NCBI GenBank assembly: GCA_900696485.1
Contig: CAADGG010000013.1
Span: 51,771 to 115,770 of the forward strand
Reading direction: 5' to 3'
Length of the DNA stretch: 64,000 bases
Source: an uncultured Pseudomonadota bacterium
GTDB lineage: Bacteria; Myxococcota_A; UBA9160; PR03
The translations under genes were made by a program, and so were the position numbers. This document shows, one piece after another, positions 54,393-64,000 of this stretch (its first letter is position 1; every line of letters begins with the position of its first letter). The notes under the pieces are model-generated. The model was not told where the DNA came from. It did not search any database and saw only the letters and a list, made by a program, of their open reading frames with translations.

Positions 54393-55574
54393 CTACGCGG
54401 AATGCGGGCGCTGTGCACGCTGGACCCGGACCGCCGCGATGATCCGATCCGCGGCCGCATCGACGTCCTCGGACGTCGTGCTGCGGCCGAGACCCAGCCT
54501 GATGGAGGCCCGGACCTCGGCATCGGGAAGGCCCAGCGCGCGCAGCACGGAGCTCGGCTCCGGGCGCGCCGACGAGCAGGCCGAACCCGTCGACAGGGCG
54601 ACCTCGGGGAGCGCCGCGAGCAGGGCATCGGCATCGATGCCGGCAAAACGCAGGTTCAGGTTCCCGGGCAGGCGCCGCTCGAGATCGCCGTTGACGAGGA
54701 CTCCGTCGAGTTCCGCCCGCAGCCGCGCAAGCAGCCGCGAGCGCAACGCGATCAGCCGATCGGCCTCGGCCTCGAGGTCGGCAAGCGCCAGTTCCACGGC
54801 CTTCGCGAAGCCCACGATCAGCGGCACCGGCAACGTTCCGGAACGAAGCCCGTTCTCGTGGCCCCCGCCGTACAGCAGCGGAGCCAGCCGCACGCGCGGT
54901 CGGCCGCTGCGTACGCGCAGTGCACCGATGCCTTTGGGTCCGTAGAGCTTGTGGGCGGTCCAGGACAGCAGGTCGACGCCCGCAGCCGCGACATCCACCG
55001 GCACCTTGCCGACCGCCTGGGCCGCATCGCTGTGGAACAACACACCGCGCTGTCGACACACGGCTGCGATCGCTTCGATCGGCTGCAAGACGCCGATCTC
55101 GTTGTTCGCCCACAGCACCGAGACCAGGATCGTGCGCTCGTTGATCGCATGCGCGACCGCGTCCGGATCCACGAAACCCGCCGGGTCGACGGGCAGCTCC
55201 GTCACCGCGAAGCCTTCGCGAGCGAGCGCCCGGGCGGTATCGAGCACCGCCGGGTGCTCCGTCGCGACGGTCACGAGGTGATCCCCGCCGCCTCGGCGCG
55301 CGCGAGCGGCGTGCGCCACGCCTTGCAGCGCCAGATTGTCGCTCTCCGTCGCCCCGCTGGTGAAGATGATCTCGCGCGGATCGCCGGCGCCGATCGCTCG
55401 GGCCAGCGTCTCCCGCGCCGCCTCGACCGCCGCCTCCGCGCGCCAGCCGTACACGTGCGTGCGGCTCGCCGCATTCCCGAAATCGCGCGTCCACCACGGC
55501 GCCATCGCCTCGACCACCCGCGCATCCGCCGGCGTCGTCGCCTGATGATCGAGATAGATCACCGCGCGCGTCAA
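54393..55574 (-). CDS. iscS: cysteine desulfurase (IscS/NifS, class V aminotransferase)
   Basis: Track ORF with a TTG start at 55574 and an alternative GTG at 55562. The sequence contains IYLDHQATTP, SWTAHKLYGPKG and the active-site motif STGSACSS. Confidence 0.9.
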   Translation of the reverse strand: MTRAVIYLDHQATTPADARVVEAMAPWWTRDFGNAASRTHVYGWRAEAAVEAARETLARAIGAGDPREIIFTSGATESDNLALQGVAHAARARRGGGDHLVTVATEHPAVLDTARALAREGFAVTELPVDPAGFVDPDAVAHAINERTILVSVLWANNEIGVLQPIEAIAAVCRQRGVLFHSDAAQAVGKVPVDVAAAGVDLLSWTAHKLYGPKGIGALRVRSGRPRVRLAPLLYGGGHENGLRSGTLPVPLIVGFAKAVELALADLEAEADRLIALRSRLLARLRAELDGVLVNGDLERRLPGNLNLRFAGIDADALLAALPEVALSTGSACSSARPEPSSVLRALGLPDAEVRASIRLGLGRSTTSEDVDAAADRIIAAVRVQRAQRPHSA

Positions 55575-55608
55575 GAAAGGGGTCGGGTTCGATTCGTCAA
55601 CTTTTCCC
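55570..55608. repeat. third copy (38/39 identical) of the 39-nt repeat seen at 25688-25726
   Basis: The sequence is GTCAAGAAAGGGGTCGGGTTCGaTTCGTCAACTTTTCCC. It is followed by the 16-bp palindrome AGCCGGCTAGCCGGCT at 55614-55629. Confidence 0.9.
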
Positions 55609-55650
55609 CAATCAGCCGGCTAGCCGGCTTCGCCGCGGGGAAGCGTGGTC

Positions 55651-55983
55651 TCAGGCCCCGAAGGACTGCCCGCAACCACAGGTGCTCTTGGCGTTCGGAT
55701 TCTCGATCTTGAAACCCGACTCCTGCAGCGTATCGACGTAATCGAGCACGGTGCCAGCGAGATAGACGGCGCTCTTGTCATCGACGATGATGCGCACGTC
55801 GCCGGCCCGGAACTCGTTGTCGTCGTCGCCCACCTGTTCGTCGAAGCCGAGCTCGTATTGGAGACCCGAACACCCTCCTCCGATCACCTTGAGTCGCAGG
55901 CCGTGGGAGGCGAGCTTGCCATCGCGGTCGAGCAGCGACTTGATGCGGTCCTGGGCGGTCGGGGAGATCTCGATGATGGCCAT
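55651..55983 (-). CDS. iscA: HesB/IscA-family iron-sulfur cluster insertion protein
   Basis: Track ORF containing LRLKVIGGGCSGLQY and a C-terminal CGCGQSF. Confidence 0.9.
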   Translation of the reverse strand: MAIIEISPTAQDRIKSLLDRDGKLASHGLRLKVIGGGCSGLQYELGFDEQVGDDDNEFRAGDVRIIVDDKSAVYLAGTVLDYVDTLQESGFKIENPNAKSTCGCGQSFGA

Positions 55984-56042
55984 GCGTTCGATTCCTCGCG
56001 TTGATCAGCGAAGAGGGTAAGGTCGTCCCCGCGGGAGTCAAC

Positions 56043-56858
56043 TCAATCCTGCCGAGACGTCGGCGGCTCGCTCCCTCCGCCCCGGCGCAGCAGCAAGAAG
56101 ATCTCCCGGTTCCCCTTGGGACCGGCGACGCGGCTGTCGGCCTGCCCGACGAAGCGCCAGCCCAGCCCCTCGGCCGCCGCCCGCACAGCCGCCGCCGCGC
56201 CGGCCCGCAGCGCGTCGTCGCGAACCACGCCGCCCTTCCCCACCTGCTCGCGACCGACCTCGAACTGCGGCTTCACCATCAGCAGCCAGTCGGCGCCGGG
56301 CGCCAGCTCGGCGAGCCGCGGCAGCAGCAGCCGCACCGAGATGAACGAAACATCGACGACGACCAGCTCCACCGGCTCATCCCCCAGAGCCGACGCTTCG
56401 AGGTGTCGCGCATGGGTCCGCTCCCGGACGCTGACGCGCGGATCCGCGCGCAGCTTCTCGTGGAGCTGGCCATGGCCCACATCGACCGCGACCACGTGCC
56501 GGGCGCCCCGCTGGAGCAGACAGTCGGTAAAGCCCCCGGTCGCGGCCCCGATGTCGAGGCAGCGGAGACCGGCGGGATCGAGACCGAGATCCTCGAGCGC
56601 ACCGGCGAGTTTGTCCCCTCCGCGCGACACGAAGCGCGACGTGGGTTCGCGCAGCCGCACGCGCGCTTCCTCGCGCACGCGCGTCCCCGGCTTGTCGACG
56701 ACGACGTCGTCCACCAGCACCTCGCCGGCCATCACCCGCGCCTGCGCCTTCGCGCGGCTCTCGACCAGACCCTCGGCAACGAGCCGCTCGTCGAGGCGCA
56801 ACGGGCGCCGCGAGCCCCGAGGTCGTCGATCGGCCTTCCGTTCCGGATGCTCGGTCAC
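56043..56858 (-). CDS. tlyA: TlyA-family rRNA 2'-O-methyltransferase
   Basis: The GTG 56858 start is uncertain; the track ORF extends to 56972. It has an S4-like N-terminus, FVSRGGDKL, and the SAM motif CLDIGAATGGFTDCLL. Confidence 0.8.
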   Translation of the reverse strand: MTEHPERKADRRPRGSRRPLRLDERLVAEGLVESRAKAQARVMAGEVLVDDVVVDKPGTRVREEARVRLREPTSRFVSRGGDKLAGALEDLGLDPAGLRCLDIGAATGGFTDCLLQRGARHVVAVDVGHGQLHEKLRADPRVSVRERTHARHLEASALGDEPVELVVVDVSFISVRLLLPRLAELAPGADWLLMVKPQFEVGREQVGKGGVVRDDALRAGAAAAVRAAAEGLGWRFVGQADSRVAGPKGNREIFLLLRRGGGSEPPTSRQD

Positions 56859-57008
56859 GCCGCGAAGGTAGGCCACAGACAGCGCTTCGGGACGGAGAGC
56901 GGCATTCGCCCGCGGCGGGTCGCGTGCACACCGCACGCGCGCCTGCGCAGCGGCCCGCCGCGATGCCGGCACGGTCCGCCTCCCCGACGGCGGGGATGGA
57001 GTGCTGCG

Positions 57009-58892
57009 TCAGCGACCCAGCAGCTCACGCGCCGCATGGGCGATCCCGGTCGCGTCGAGGCCGTGCTCGGCGCGGATCGTATCGGGATCCCCTTGCTCGA
57101 CGATGCGATCCGGAAGCGCGAGGCTACGCACCGGCACCGCTAGGCCCGCGGCGGCGAGCACCTCCAGCACGGCACTGCCGAAGCCTCCGCGCCCGCAGGC
57201 CTCCTCCACCGTCACCACGGCGCGACAACGCGCCGCCAGCTCCGCGAAGCGCTTGTCGTCGAGAGGCTTCACGAAACGCGCGTTCAGGACGGCGGCCGAG
57301 ATGCCGACCGCGTGCAGCTCCGCCGCCGCCTCGATCGCGACGTGCGCGAGCGTGCCGATCGCCGCCACCAGGACGTCATCGCCATCGCGCAGCAGCTCGG
57401 CCTCGCCGATCGGAATCGTCTTCAGGTCCGGATCGAGCGGCACGCCGAAGCCATTGCCGCGCGGATAGCGCAGCGCGGCCGGACCGGGATGTTCGATCGC
57501 CGTCTTCAACATGTGGCGCAACTCGTTCTCGTCCTTCGGCGCCATCACGACCATGTTGGGGAGTGCACGCAGATACGCGATGTCGTAGAAGCCCTGATGC
57601 GTCGCGCCGTCGGCGCCGACCAGGCCGGCACGATCCAGCGCGAAGGTCACGTCCAGGTCCTGGATGCAGACGTCGTGCAGGACCTGGTCGAATGCCCGCT
57701 GCAGGAACGTCGAGTAGATCGCTGCGACCGGCTTCATGCCCTCGGTCGCAAGCCCCGCGGCAAAGGTGACGGCGTGCTGCTCTGCGATGCCGACGTCGTA
57801 GAAGCGGTCGGGATGGACAGCCTGGAAGCGGTCCAGACCGGTCCCGTCCGGCATCGCAGCCGTGATCGCGACGATCCGCGGATCCTCGTGCGCGAGCTGG
57901 ATCAGCGCATCGGAAAACACCCGTGTGTAGCTCGGAGGGCCGGCCTTGCTCTTGCGCATCTCTCCCGATGCGATCTCGAAGGGCGTCACGCCGTGGTACT
58001 TGAACGGATCCGCCTCCGCCGGCGGATAGCCGCAACCCTTCGCCGACAGCGCATGAATCAGGATCGGCCCTTCCCCGCCTTCGAGCATGCGGCGCGCATT
58101 GGTGACCGTCTCCAGCACCTCCTCGATCGAGTTGCCGGCGATCGGCCCGAGATAGCGGAAGCCCAGCGCCTCGAAGAGCAGGCTCGGCGAGATGAAGGCC
58201 TTGAACGACTCCTCCGCCTTGTGAGCCCAGTGCACGAGGTCGCCGGGCAGCGTCGAGAGCGCATCTTTCGCGATGGTCTTGAGCCGACGCACCAGCGGGG
58301 CGGACATCTTGCGCGACAGGAACGAGCCGAGCGCGCCGACGTTCGGCGCAATCGACATCTCGTTGTCGTTGAGCACGACCAGCAGGTTCTTCTGGCCGAG
58401 CTCCCCGGCGTGATTCAGCGCCTCGAACGCCATGCCGGCCGTCATGCCGCCATCGCCGATGAACGCGATCGCGACGCCCGGCTCACCGCGGTGCTGGAGC
58501 CCGCGCGCAATCCCGAGGGCCGCCGAGATCGAGGTGCCGGCGTGGCCGGCGCCGAAGTGGTCGTAGGAGGACTCGCTGCGGCGCAGGAACTTGCCGATCC
58601 CGTCGGCCTGCCCGATCCGATCGAAGTCCGCGCGCCGGCCGGTCAGCAGCTTGTGGGCGTAGGCCTGATGGCCCACGTCGAACACCAGTCGATCCCTCGG
58701 CGTCTCGAAGACGTAGTGCAGAGCCGTGATCAGCTCGACGGCTCCGAGGCTCGAAGCCAGGTGCCCCCCCGTCTGCGACACGCGCTCGACGATCTCCTCG
58801 CGCAGGGCGGCGCACACGCGGACGACGTCCTCGGCAGGCAACGCCCGCAGCGCAGCAGGACACTCGATCGGCTCCAGCAGCTCGTCGCTCAT
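57009..58892 (-). CDS. dxs: 1-deoxy-D-xylulose-5-phosphate synthase
   Basis: ATG at 58892. The sequence contains GGHLASSLGAVELITALHYVF, the TPP-binding motif GDGGMTAGMAFEALN and DVGIAEQHAV. Confidence 0.95.
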   Translation of the reverse strand: MSDELLEPIECPAALRALPAEDVVRVCAALREEIVERVSQTGGHLASSLGAVELITALHYVFETPRDRLVFDVGHQAYAHKLLTGRRADFDRIGQADGIGKFLRRSESSYDHFGAGHAGTSISAALGIARGLQHRGEPGVAIAFIGDGGMTAGMAFEALNHAGELGQKNLLVVLNDNEMSIAPNVGALGSFLSRKMSAPLVRRLKTIAKDALSTLPGDLVHWAHKAEESFKAFISPSLLFEALGFRYLGPIAGNSIEEVLETVTNARRMLEGGEGPILIHALSAKGCGYPPAEADPFKYHGVTPFEIASGEMRKSKAGPPSYTRVFSDALIQLAHEDPRIVAITAAMPDGTGLDRFQAVHPDRFYDVGIAEQHAVTFAAGLATEGMKPVAAIYSTFLQRAFDQVLHDVCIQDLDVTFALDRAGLVGADGATHQGFYDIAYLRALPNMVVMAPKDENELRHMLKTAIEHPGPAALRYPRGNGFGVPLDPDLKTIPIGEAELLRDGDDVLVAAIGTLAHVAIEAAAELHAVGISAAVLNARFVKPLDDKRFAELAARCRAVVTVEEACGRGGFGSAVLEVLAAAGLAVPVRSLALPDRIVEQGDPDTIRAEHGLDATGIAHAARELLGR

Positions 58893-58929
58893 TCTCGACC
58901 GCCTCCGGGATTCCTGTGGGAGCATTTCT

Positions 58930-59783
<854 letters not shown>

Positions 59784-59784
<1 letters not shown>

Positions 59785-60125
59785 TACTCCGCGCCCTCGT
59801 CGTCCTGCAGCGGCCGCGTCGTCAGCAGGCCGCCCTCCTGGGTGAGCCGTTCGATCCGCCGCTCGGCGGCACCGAGCTGATCCGCCAGCCGGCGCGACAG
59901 ACGCACGCCCTCCTCGAAGCCGGCCAGCGCATCCTCGAGCGAAAGCTCCCCCTCTTCGAGTCCTGCCACCAGCGCTTCGAGCCGGTCGAGCGCTGCTTCG
60001 AACGACGGCTCGGCGTCGACATCGAGCAGGGGCCCACTCGCACGACCGGGTTCCGGGCCGCTGCATCCGGCGTCGATCGCACGCTTGCGCCGAGCGGGGG
60101 GAGGCGGTTGCTTGGGATCCGCCAT
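59784..60125 (-). CDS. xseB: exodeoxyribonuclease VII small subunit with an N-terminal extension of about 40 aa
   Basis: Track ORF containing [38 protein letters not shown]. Confidence 0.8.
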
Positions 60126-60226
60126 CGTGGGCGCATGCTAGCGTCCGGCGCGCGGGCCTGCCAAGCACATGATGGCCGGAATCGGCCGGCTTGCTCGATC
60201 GTGCTCCGGCCCGAGCTGTCGCTCGG

Positions 60227-61477
60227 TCAGCGCCCGGATCCCCGCAACGGCACCGAACGCATCCCCGTCACCGTGGCGTCGATCTCTCCACCGGCCACGC
60301 GCACGGCGAGCGCATCGCCGGGTGTCACATCAGACGGCGCCCGTACGATGCGACCGTCGCGGGTGCGACGCGCGATCGCGTAGCCTCGGCCGAGCACGGC
60401 CAGCGGCGACAGCGAGTCGAGTCGGCCGGCCGCCAGCGCAAGACGCGCCGTGTCGCGCGCGAGACGGCGCCGCATCTCCGCCTCGAGCCGCTGGGCTTCG
60501 GCGGCCAGGCGCCCGCGCCGCGCCGTGAGCCGCGCCACCGGCGAGGCGCGATGCAGCGCGGCCGAACACGTCTCGAGCCGCGCCCGTGCGCGGGCGAGAC
60601 GGCTGTGCAACGCCCCCCGCAGACGCCGGCGATCGCGCTCGAGCTGCAGCCCGTACGCGCGGCGATCCGGCAGGACCCGGGCAGCCGCTGCCGACGGTGT
60701 CGGCGCGCGGGCGTCGGCGACGAGGTCTGCGATCGTCACATCGGTCTCGTGTCCGACGCCGGAGACGACGGGAACGGGGCAGCGCACGAGCGCGCGGGCG
60801 ATGGTCTCCGTATTGAAGCACCACAGATCCTCGAGCGATCCGCCCCCGCGCACGAGCAGGATCACGTCGACCTCGGGACGCGACGCGAGCGACTGGAGCC
60901 CCGCGACGATCTCGAGCTCGGCACCGGGACCCTGTACGCGCGCATCCGCGATGAGCAGCGGCACGGCTGGCCAGCGCGCCCCGGTCACCTCGATGACGTC
61001 GCGCACCGCCGCGCCGTGCACGGACGTGACGACGCCGATGCAGCGCGGCAAGCGCGGCAGCGGGCGCTTGCGGGCTTCGGCGAACAGCCCCTCGGCCTCG
61101 AGTCGCGCGCGCAGTTGCTCGAAGGCGAGCCGCAGGGCGCCCTGCCCACGCGGCTCGAGCTGCCGGACGCGGAGCTGGAGATCGCCACGTGCCCCGTAGA
61201 CGGTCGCCTCGCCGAACGCCAGCACCTCGAGCCCGTCCGCCGGCTCGAACGCGAGGTGTCCGGCATCTCCGCGGAACAGCACCGCGCGCAGCTGGGCTTC
61301 GTCGTCCTTCAGCGTGAAGTAGCAGTGGCCCGACGCCGCACGACGCAGATTCGAGATCTCGCCGATCACCCAGACGCGACCCACCACGTCCTCGACGAGC
61401 GCGCGAAGCGCCGCGAGCAGCTCGGCGACCCGCAGCACACGCGGGGCGCCGACGGCCGCCGGACGATCGACCGTCAC
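60227..61477 (-). CDS. xseA: exodeoxyribonuclease VII large subunit
   Basis: Track ORF. It has the OB-fold N-terminus [24 protein letters not shown] and the sequence [14 protein letters not shown]. Confidence 0.9.
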   Translation of the reverse strand: MTVDRPAAVGAPRVLRVAELLAALRALVEDVVGRVWVIGEISNLRRAASGHCYFTLKDDEAQLRAVLFRGDAGHLAFEPADGLEVLAFGEATVYGARGDLQLRVRQLEPRGQGALRLAFEQLRARLEAEGLFAEARKRPLPRLPRCIGVVTSVHGAAVRDVIEVTGARWPAVPLLIADARVQGPGAELEIVAGLQSLASRPEVDVILLVRGGGSLEDLWCFNTETIARALVRCPVPVVSGVGHETDVTIADLVADARAPTPSAAAARVLPDRRAYGLQLERDRRRLRGALHSRLARARARLETCSAALHRASPVARLTARRGRLAAEAQRLEAEMRRRLARDTARLALAAGRLDSLSPLAVLGRGYAIARRTRDGRIVRAPSDVTPGDALAVRVAGGEIDATVTGMRSVPLRGSGR

Positions 61478-61489
61478 GGCCGTGCGCCC

Positions 61490-62977
61490 TTATGGCTGCG
61501 CCGCGGGAGCGGGCTCCGGCGCGCTCGCCATCGACGGTGCGGCGGGCGCCGTCGCATCGGCCGTCCCGGTCGTCCGGAGCCGCTCGAAATAGCTCCAGCT
61601 CTTCAGCACCTCGAGGCCGCGTGCGAGCTGGATGTCGACGGCTTCGCCCTCCCCACGCTCGGCGTCCGCCGGCAGGCCCGGCAGCTCGATGCGCGGCCGC
61701 GAATCCTTCGCCGGCGCGACCAGATCCGGTTCGGCCTTCCGGTGCTGGAAGTGGCGTTCCAGATCCTTCTCGCGCAGCGGGCGCCCGTCGTCGGCCGCCG
61801 CAGCGCCGGCATCGGAGTCCCCGCCTTCCGCGGCGGCCGCTTCGACTTCCGCCCCGACCGTGATGTCCGGGGTGATGCCGACCTCCTGGATCGAGCGACC
61901 GCCCGGCGTGTAGTACAGCGCCGTCGTGAGGCGCAGACCCGACCCGTCCTCGAGCGGAAAGACCGTCTGCACGGAACCCTTGCCGAAGGTGTTCTCGCCG
62001 AGCACCAGCGCACGACCCTGGTCCTGCAACGCGCCGGCGACGATCTCCGAAGCGCTGGCGCTGCCGGCGTTCACCAGGACGACGATCGGGTAGTCCTGCC
62101 CGACGCCATCCGCGTGGGCGCGGAACTCCTGCTGTTGGTTGTCCACACGACCCTTCGTGTAGACGATCAGGCCGTCCTCGAGCCAAAGGTCCGCCACGCC
62201 GACCGCCTGATCGAGCAGCCCGCCGGGGTTGTCGCGAAGATCGAGCAGGAGCCCGTGCAAGCTGCCCTTCGATTCCTTCTGCACCCGAGCCAGCGCCTTC
62301 TCGAGATCCTCCGTCGTGCGCTCCTGGAACGAGCGGACGCGCAGATATCCGTAGTTCGGCTCGAGCGTCCGACCCTCGACCGATGCCACCTTCACGATGT
62401 CCCGCGTGACCTCGAAGGGTCGGGGCTCCGAGAACCCTTCGCGGAAGATGCGGACCGTGATCGCCGTGCCCCGCTTACCGCGCATCAGCTTCACGGCATC
62501 GAAGAGGCTCATGGTCTTGGTCGGCTTGCAGTCCTCGATCCAATCCTTCGGCTTCTCGGTCGGACAGATCGCGACGATCTGGTCCTTCGCCTTGATCCCG
62601 GCCTTCCACGCCGGCGTCCCCTCGATCGGTGACACCACCTCGATGTAGCCGTCCCGCCGCTTGCTGATCTCGATCCCGAGGCCGTGGAACTCGCCCCGCG
62701 TGTCGATCTGCATCTCCTTGTGCGCATCGGGATCCATGTACGACGAGTGCGGATCGAGCTCGGCGAGCAGGCCACGCACCGCGCCACGGATCAGCTCGGT
62801 CTCGTCGACGTCGTCGACGTAGTTGCGCCGCACCAGGTGCAACACCGAGCTGAGGAGGTTCAGATCCTCGTAGCGGGCAGCGGAGACGATGCCCCCGGAG
62901 CCCGGACCCAGGAAGACCGTGGCGCACAACACGCCGGCGGCGAACAGCAGGACGGAACGGAGAGTGCTGGGACGCAT
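61490..62977 (-). CDS. ctpA: S41-family carboxy-terminal processing protease with a PDZ domain
   Basis: Track ORF containing GLGIEI..., LDLRDNPGGLL and VLVNAGSASASEIVAGALQD. Confidence 0.9.
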   Translation of the reverse strand: MRPSTLRSVLLFAAGVLCATVFLGPGSGGIVSAARYEDLNLLSSVLHLVRRNYVDDVDETELIRGAVRGLLAELDPHSSYMDPDAHKEMQIDTRGEFHGLGIEISKRRDGYIEVVSPIEGTPAWKAGIKAKDQIVAICPTEKPKDWIEDCKPTKTMSLFDAVKLMRGKRGTAITVRIFREGFSEPRPFEVTRDIVKVASVEGRTLEPNYGYLRVRSFQERTTEDLEKALARVQKESKGSLHGLLLDLRDNPGGLLDQAVGVADLWLEDGLIVYTKGRVDNQQQEFRAHADGVGQDYPIVVLVNAGSASASEIVAGALQDQGRALVLGENTFGKGSVQTVFPLEDGSGLRLTTALYYTPGGRSIQEVGITPDITVGAEVEAAAAEGGDSDAGAAAADDGRPLREKDLERHFQHRKAEPDLVAPAKDSRPRIELPGLPADAERGEGEAVDIQLARGLEVLKSWSYFERLRTTGTADATAPAAPSMASAPEPAPAAQP

Positions 62978-63132
62978 CGAGATCCGGTGACTCCAGAAGA
63001 GTGGGAGGGCGCCGGGGCGCCTGCGGCGCCTCTGGCGGTGGCATCCCTCGGGTTTGCAATCGCTCGGTCGCCGGCTCTCGCCAGATCCCGTCGGATCCAG
63101 CCCGGTCGGATGCCGTCGAGTCCAGTTCTTGC

Positions 63133-63272
63133 GGCGCCGTCCTTTCGACGCCGTTCTTTCGACGCCGTCCTTTCGACGCCGTCCTTTCGACGCCGTCCTT
63201 TCGACGCCGTTCTTTCGACGGCGTTCCTTCGACGCCGTTCCTTCGACGGCGTTCCTTCGCTGGCGTTCTTGC
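63133..63272. repeat. 14-nt tandem repeat x10 (GACGCCGTCCTTTC and variants)
   Basis: GACG anchors recur exactly every 14 nt at 63147, 63161, 63175, 63189, 63203, 63217, 63231 and 63245. Degenerate first and last units complete the array. It lies in the 402-nt gap between the M23 gene and ctpA. Confidence 0.9.
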
Positions 63273-63379
63273 GGGTCGTCGCGGGCTGTTCCGGGGATCC
63301 CTTCCGGGTGTTGGTCCGAACCGACTGCTTCGATCCGCAGCCCGTCGGAGTTTAGCCGGACCGGCCGGGCGCGTCCCGG

Positions 63380-64000
63380 TCAGGGCCGGCCGCCACCCCG
63401 CCGGATCCAGGCGCGCGGATCGACGGCCTCGCCTCCCTCCCGGACTTCGAAATACAGCCGGGGCCCCACCAGCGAGCCGGTGTCGCCGACCGTTCCGATC
63501 TTCTGGCCGCCCTCGACGATATCGCCGACCTCCACGCGCAGCTCATCGAGGTGGCCGTGGACCGTGAAGAAGCGCTCGCCGTGGTCCAGGATCGCCATCC
63601 GGCCGTACCCGCGAAACCAGCCGGCGAAGCGCACGACGCCACCGGCGACGGCCTGCACCTCGGTCCCACGCGGCGCCTCGAACTCGACGCCCTGCGAGAA
63701 GATCTCGGTCCGGAACTGGGCGTCGACCTGCCGTCCGAACGGCCGTACGATCGGCGCTTCGACCGGCGCCGGAAGGCGGCCGCGCAGGGATGAGAAGGCG
63801 GGGCCGTCGGGCAGCGCCGGCAGCGGCGCCGGCGCATCGCCGAGTTCCGCGATCGCGGCCTCGAGCGCGCGCGCAGCTTCTTCCAACCCCGCCAGGACAG
63901 AATCTTCGCGCGCGCGATGGCCGCGAACGGCGGCGAGCAGGCGCCCCTTGCCCCGCCTCTCGGCAGCCAGCTCCTCGTGCCGCGCCGTCAGCTCTGCCAG
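63380..64000 (-). CDS. M23 peptidase / EnvC-like murein hydrolase activator (5' end outside the window)
   Basis: The frame is open from 64000 to the stop at 63380. A coiled-coil part is followed by the LytM-type domain GVEFEAPRGTEVQAVAGGVVRFAGWFRGYGRMAILDHG...HGHL. Confidence 0.8.
   Translation of the reverse strand: MAELTARHEELAAERRGKGRLLAAVRGHRAREDSVLAGLEEAARALEAAIAELGDAPAPLPALPDGPAFSSLRGRLPAPVEAPIVRPFGRQVDAQFRTEIFSQGVEFEAPRGTEVQAVAGGVVRFAGWFRGYGRMAILDHGERFFTVHGHLDELRVEVGDIVEGGQKIGTVGDTGSLVGPRLYFEVREGGEAVDPRAWIRRGGGRP

Noticed and set aside
55581-55600. GGGTTCGATTC in the 39-nt repeat resembling a tRNA T-loop (tRNA fragment or integration scar)
   Set aside because: The flanking bases do not form a T-stem, an acceptor or any other tRNA arm. 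No integrase is nearby.
60191-62632. ORFs 60191..62632 (+, 813 aa) and 60330..62186 (-, 618 aa)
   Set aside because: They are antisense or out of frame to xseA and ctpA, which have clear family motifs. Their composition is artefactual.
63133-63272. Possible CRISPR array; the same applies to the other tandem arrays at 11991, 15326, 21697 and 44622
   Set aside because: The repeats are contiguous with no unique spacers. The units are only 5-16 nt long, and no cas genes are present.
62684-63567. ORFs 62684..63355 and 63001..63567 (+), which encode 14-aa peptide repeats (SFRRRPFDAVLSTP...)
   Set aside because: The underlying DNA period is 14 nt, which is not divisible by 3. The peptide periodicity is therefore a by-product of a non-coding tandem array read in all three frames.

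Overview
This is a very GC-rich bacterial chromosomal segment. Hand counts of sample 60-nt lines give about 72-78% GC. It is densely packed with about 65 protein genes plus one tmRNA, and most genes lie on the minus strand. I found no rRNA, tRNA, CRISPR array, transposase or integrase.

Several features suggest a Myxococcota-like lineage, which is an inference only:
- a MYXO-CTERM-like sorting tail
- a bactofilin
- a serine-palmitoyltransferase/SDR pair
- a GldF/GldG-type ABC operon with DUF4340
- duplicated PilT ATPases
- very frequent GTG starts with 4-nt GTGA/ATGA stop-start overlaps

Gene order, left to right:
- ssrA
- NSS transporter
- two PilT paralogs, the first carrying an MshEN-like c-di-GMP module
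- minus-strand run: metzincin lipoprotein, smpB, panDCB, PilZ, rsmA, tsaD, DksA-like protein
- cpoB-tolB-tolA-tolR-tolQ, with no pal between tolB and cpoB
- pepA, cytochrome c, rpoH-like sigma factor
- M20 amidohydrolase, acylphosphatase, DUF99
- peptidase-like TPR protein, moaB, moaD-moaE fusion, nfu
- bactofilin, SDR/spt
- a low-GC two-gene cassette
- holB, metG, tatD, suhB
- TetR-ABC-GldFG-DUF4340 operon
- small sorting-signal protein, GT4 glycosyltransferase, tandem LPS-kinase protein
- SDR, then a long coupled operon iscA-iscS / cysC-TPR-DUF4292-oppABCDF
- tlyA, dxs, ispA, xseBA, ctpA, and a partial M23/EnvC-like gene

The observations I rate most worth a second look:
1. A low-GC cassette encodes a Cys-rich lipoprotein and lies behind a G10/C10 homopolymer that abuts a TTGAC box.
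2. A PilT-family ATPase carries a near-perfect MshEN motif.
3. A family of unrelated short tandem arrays sits in intergenic leaders (periods 5, 10, 14, 15 and 16 nt). Several present repeated GGA motifs on the transcribed strand.
4. A 39-42-nt AT-richer repeat occurs as a perfect palindrome after nfu and again between iscA and iscS.

Many long ORFs in the track are alternate-frame artefacts of the high GC content and were not called.
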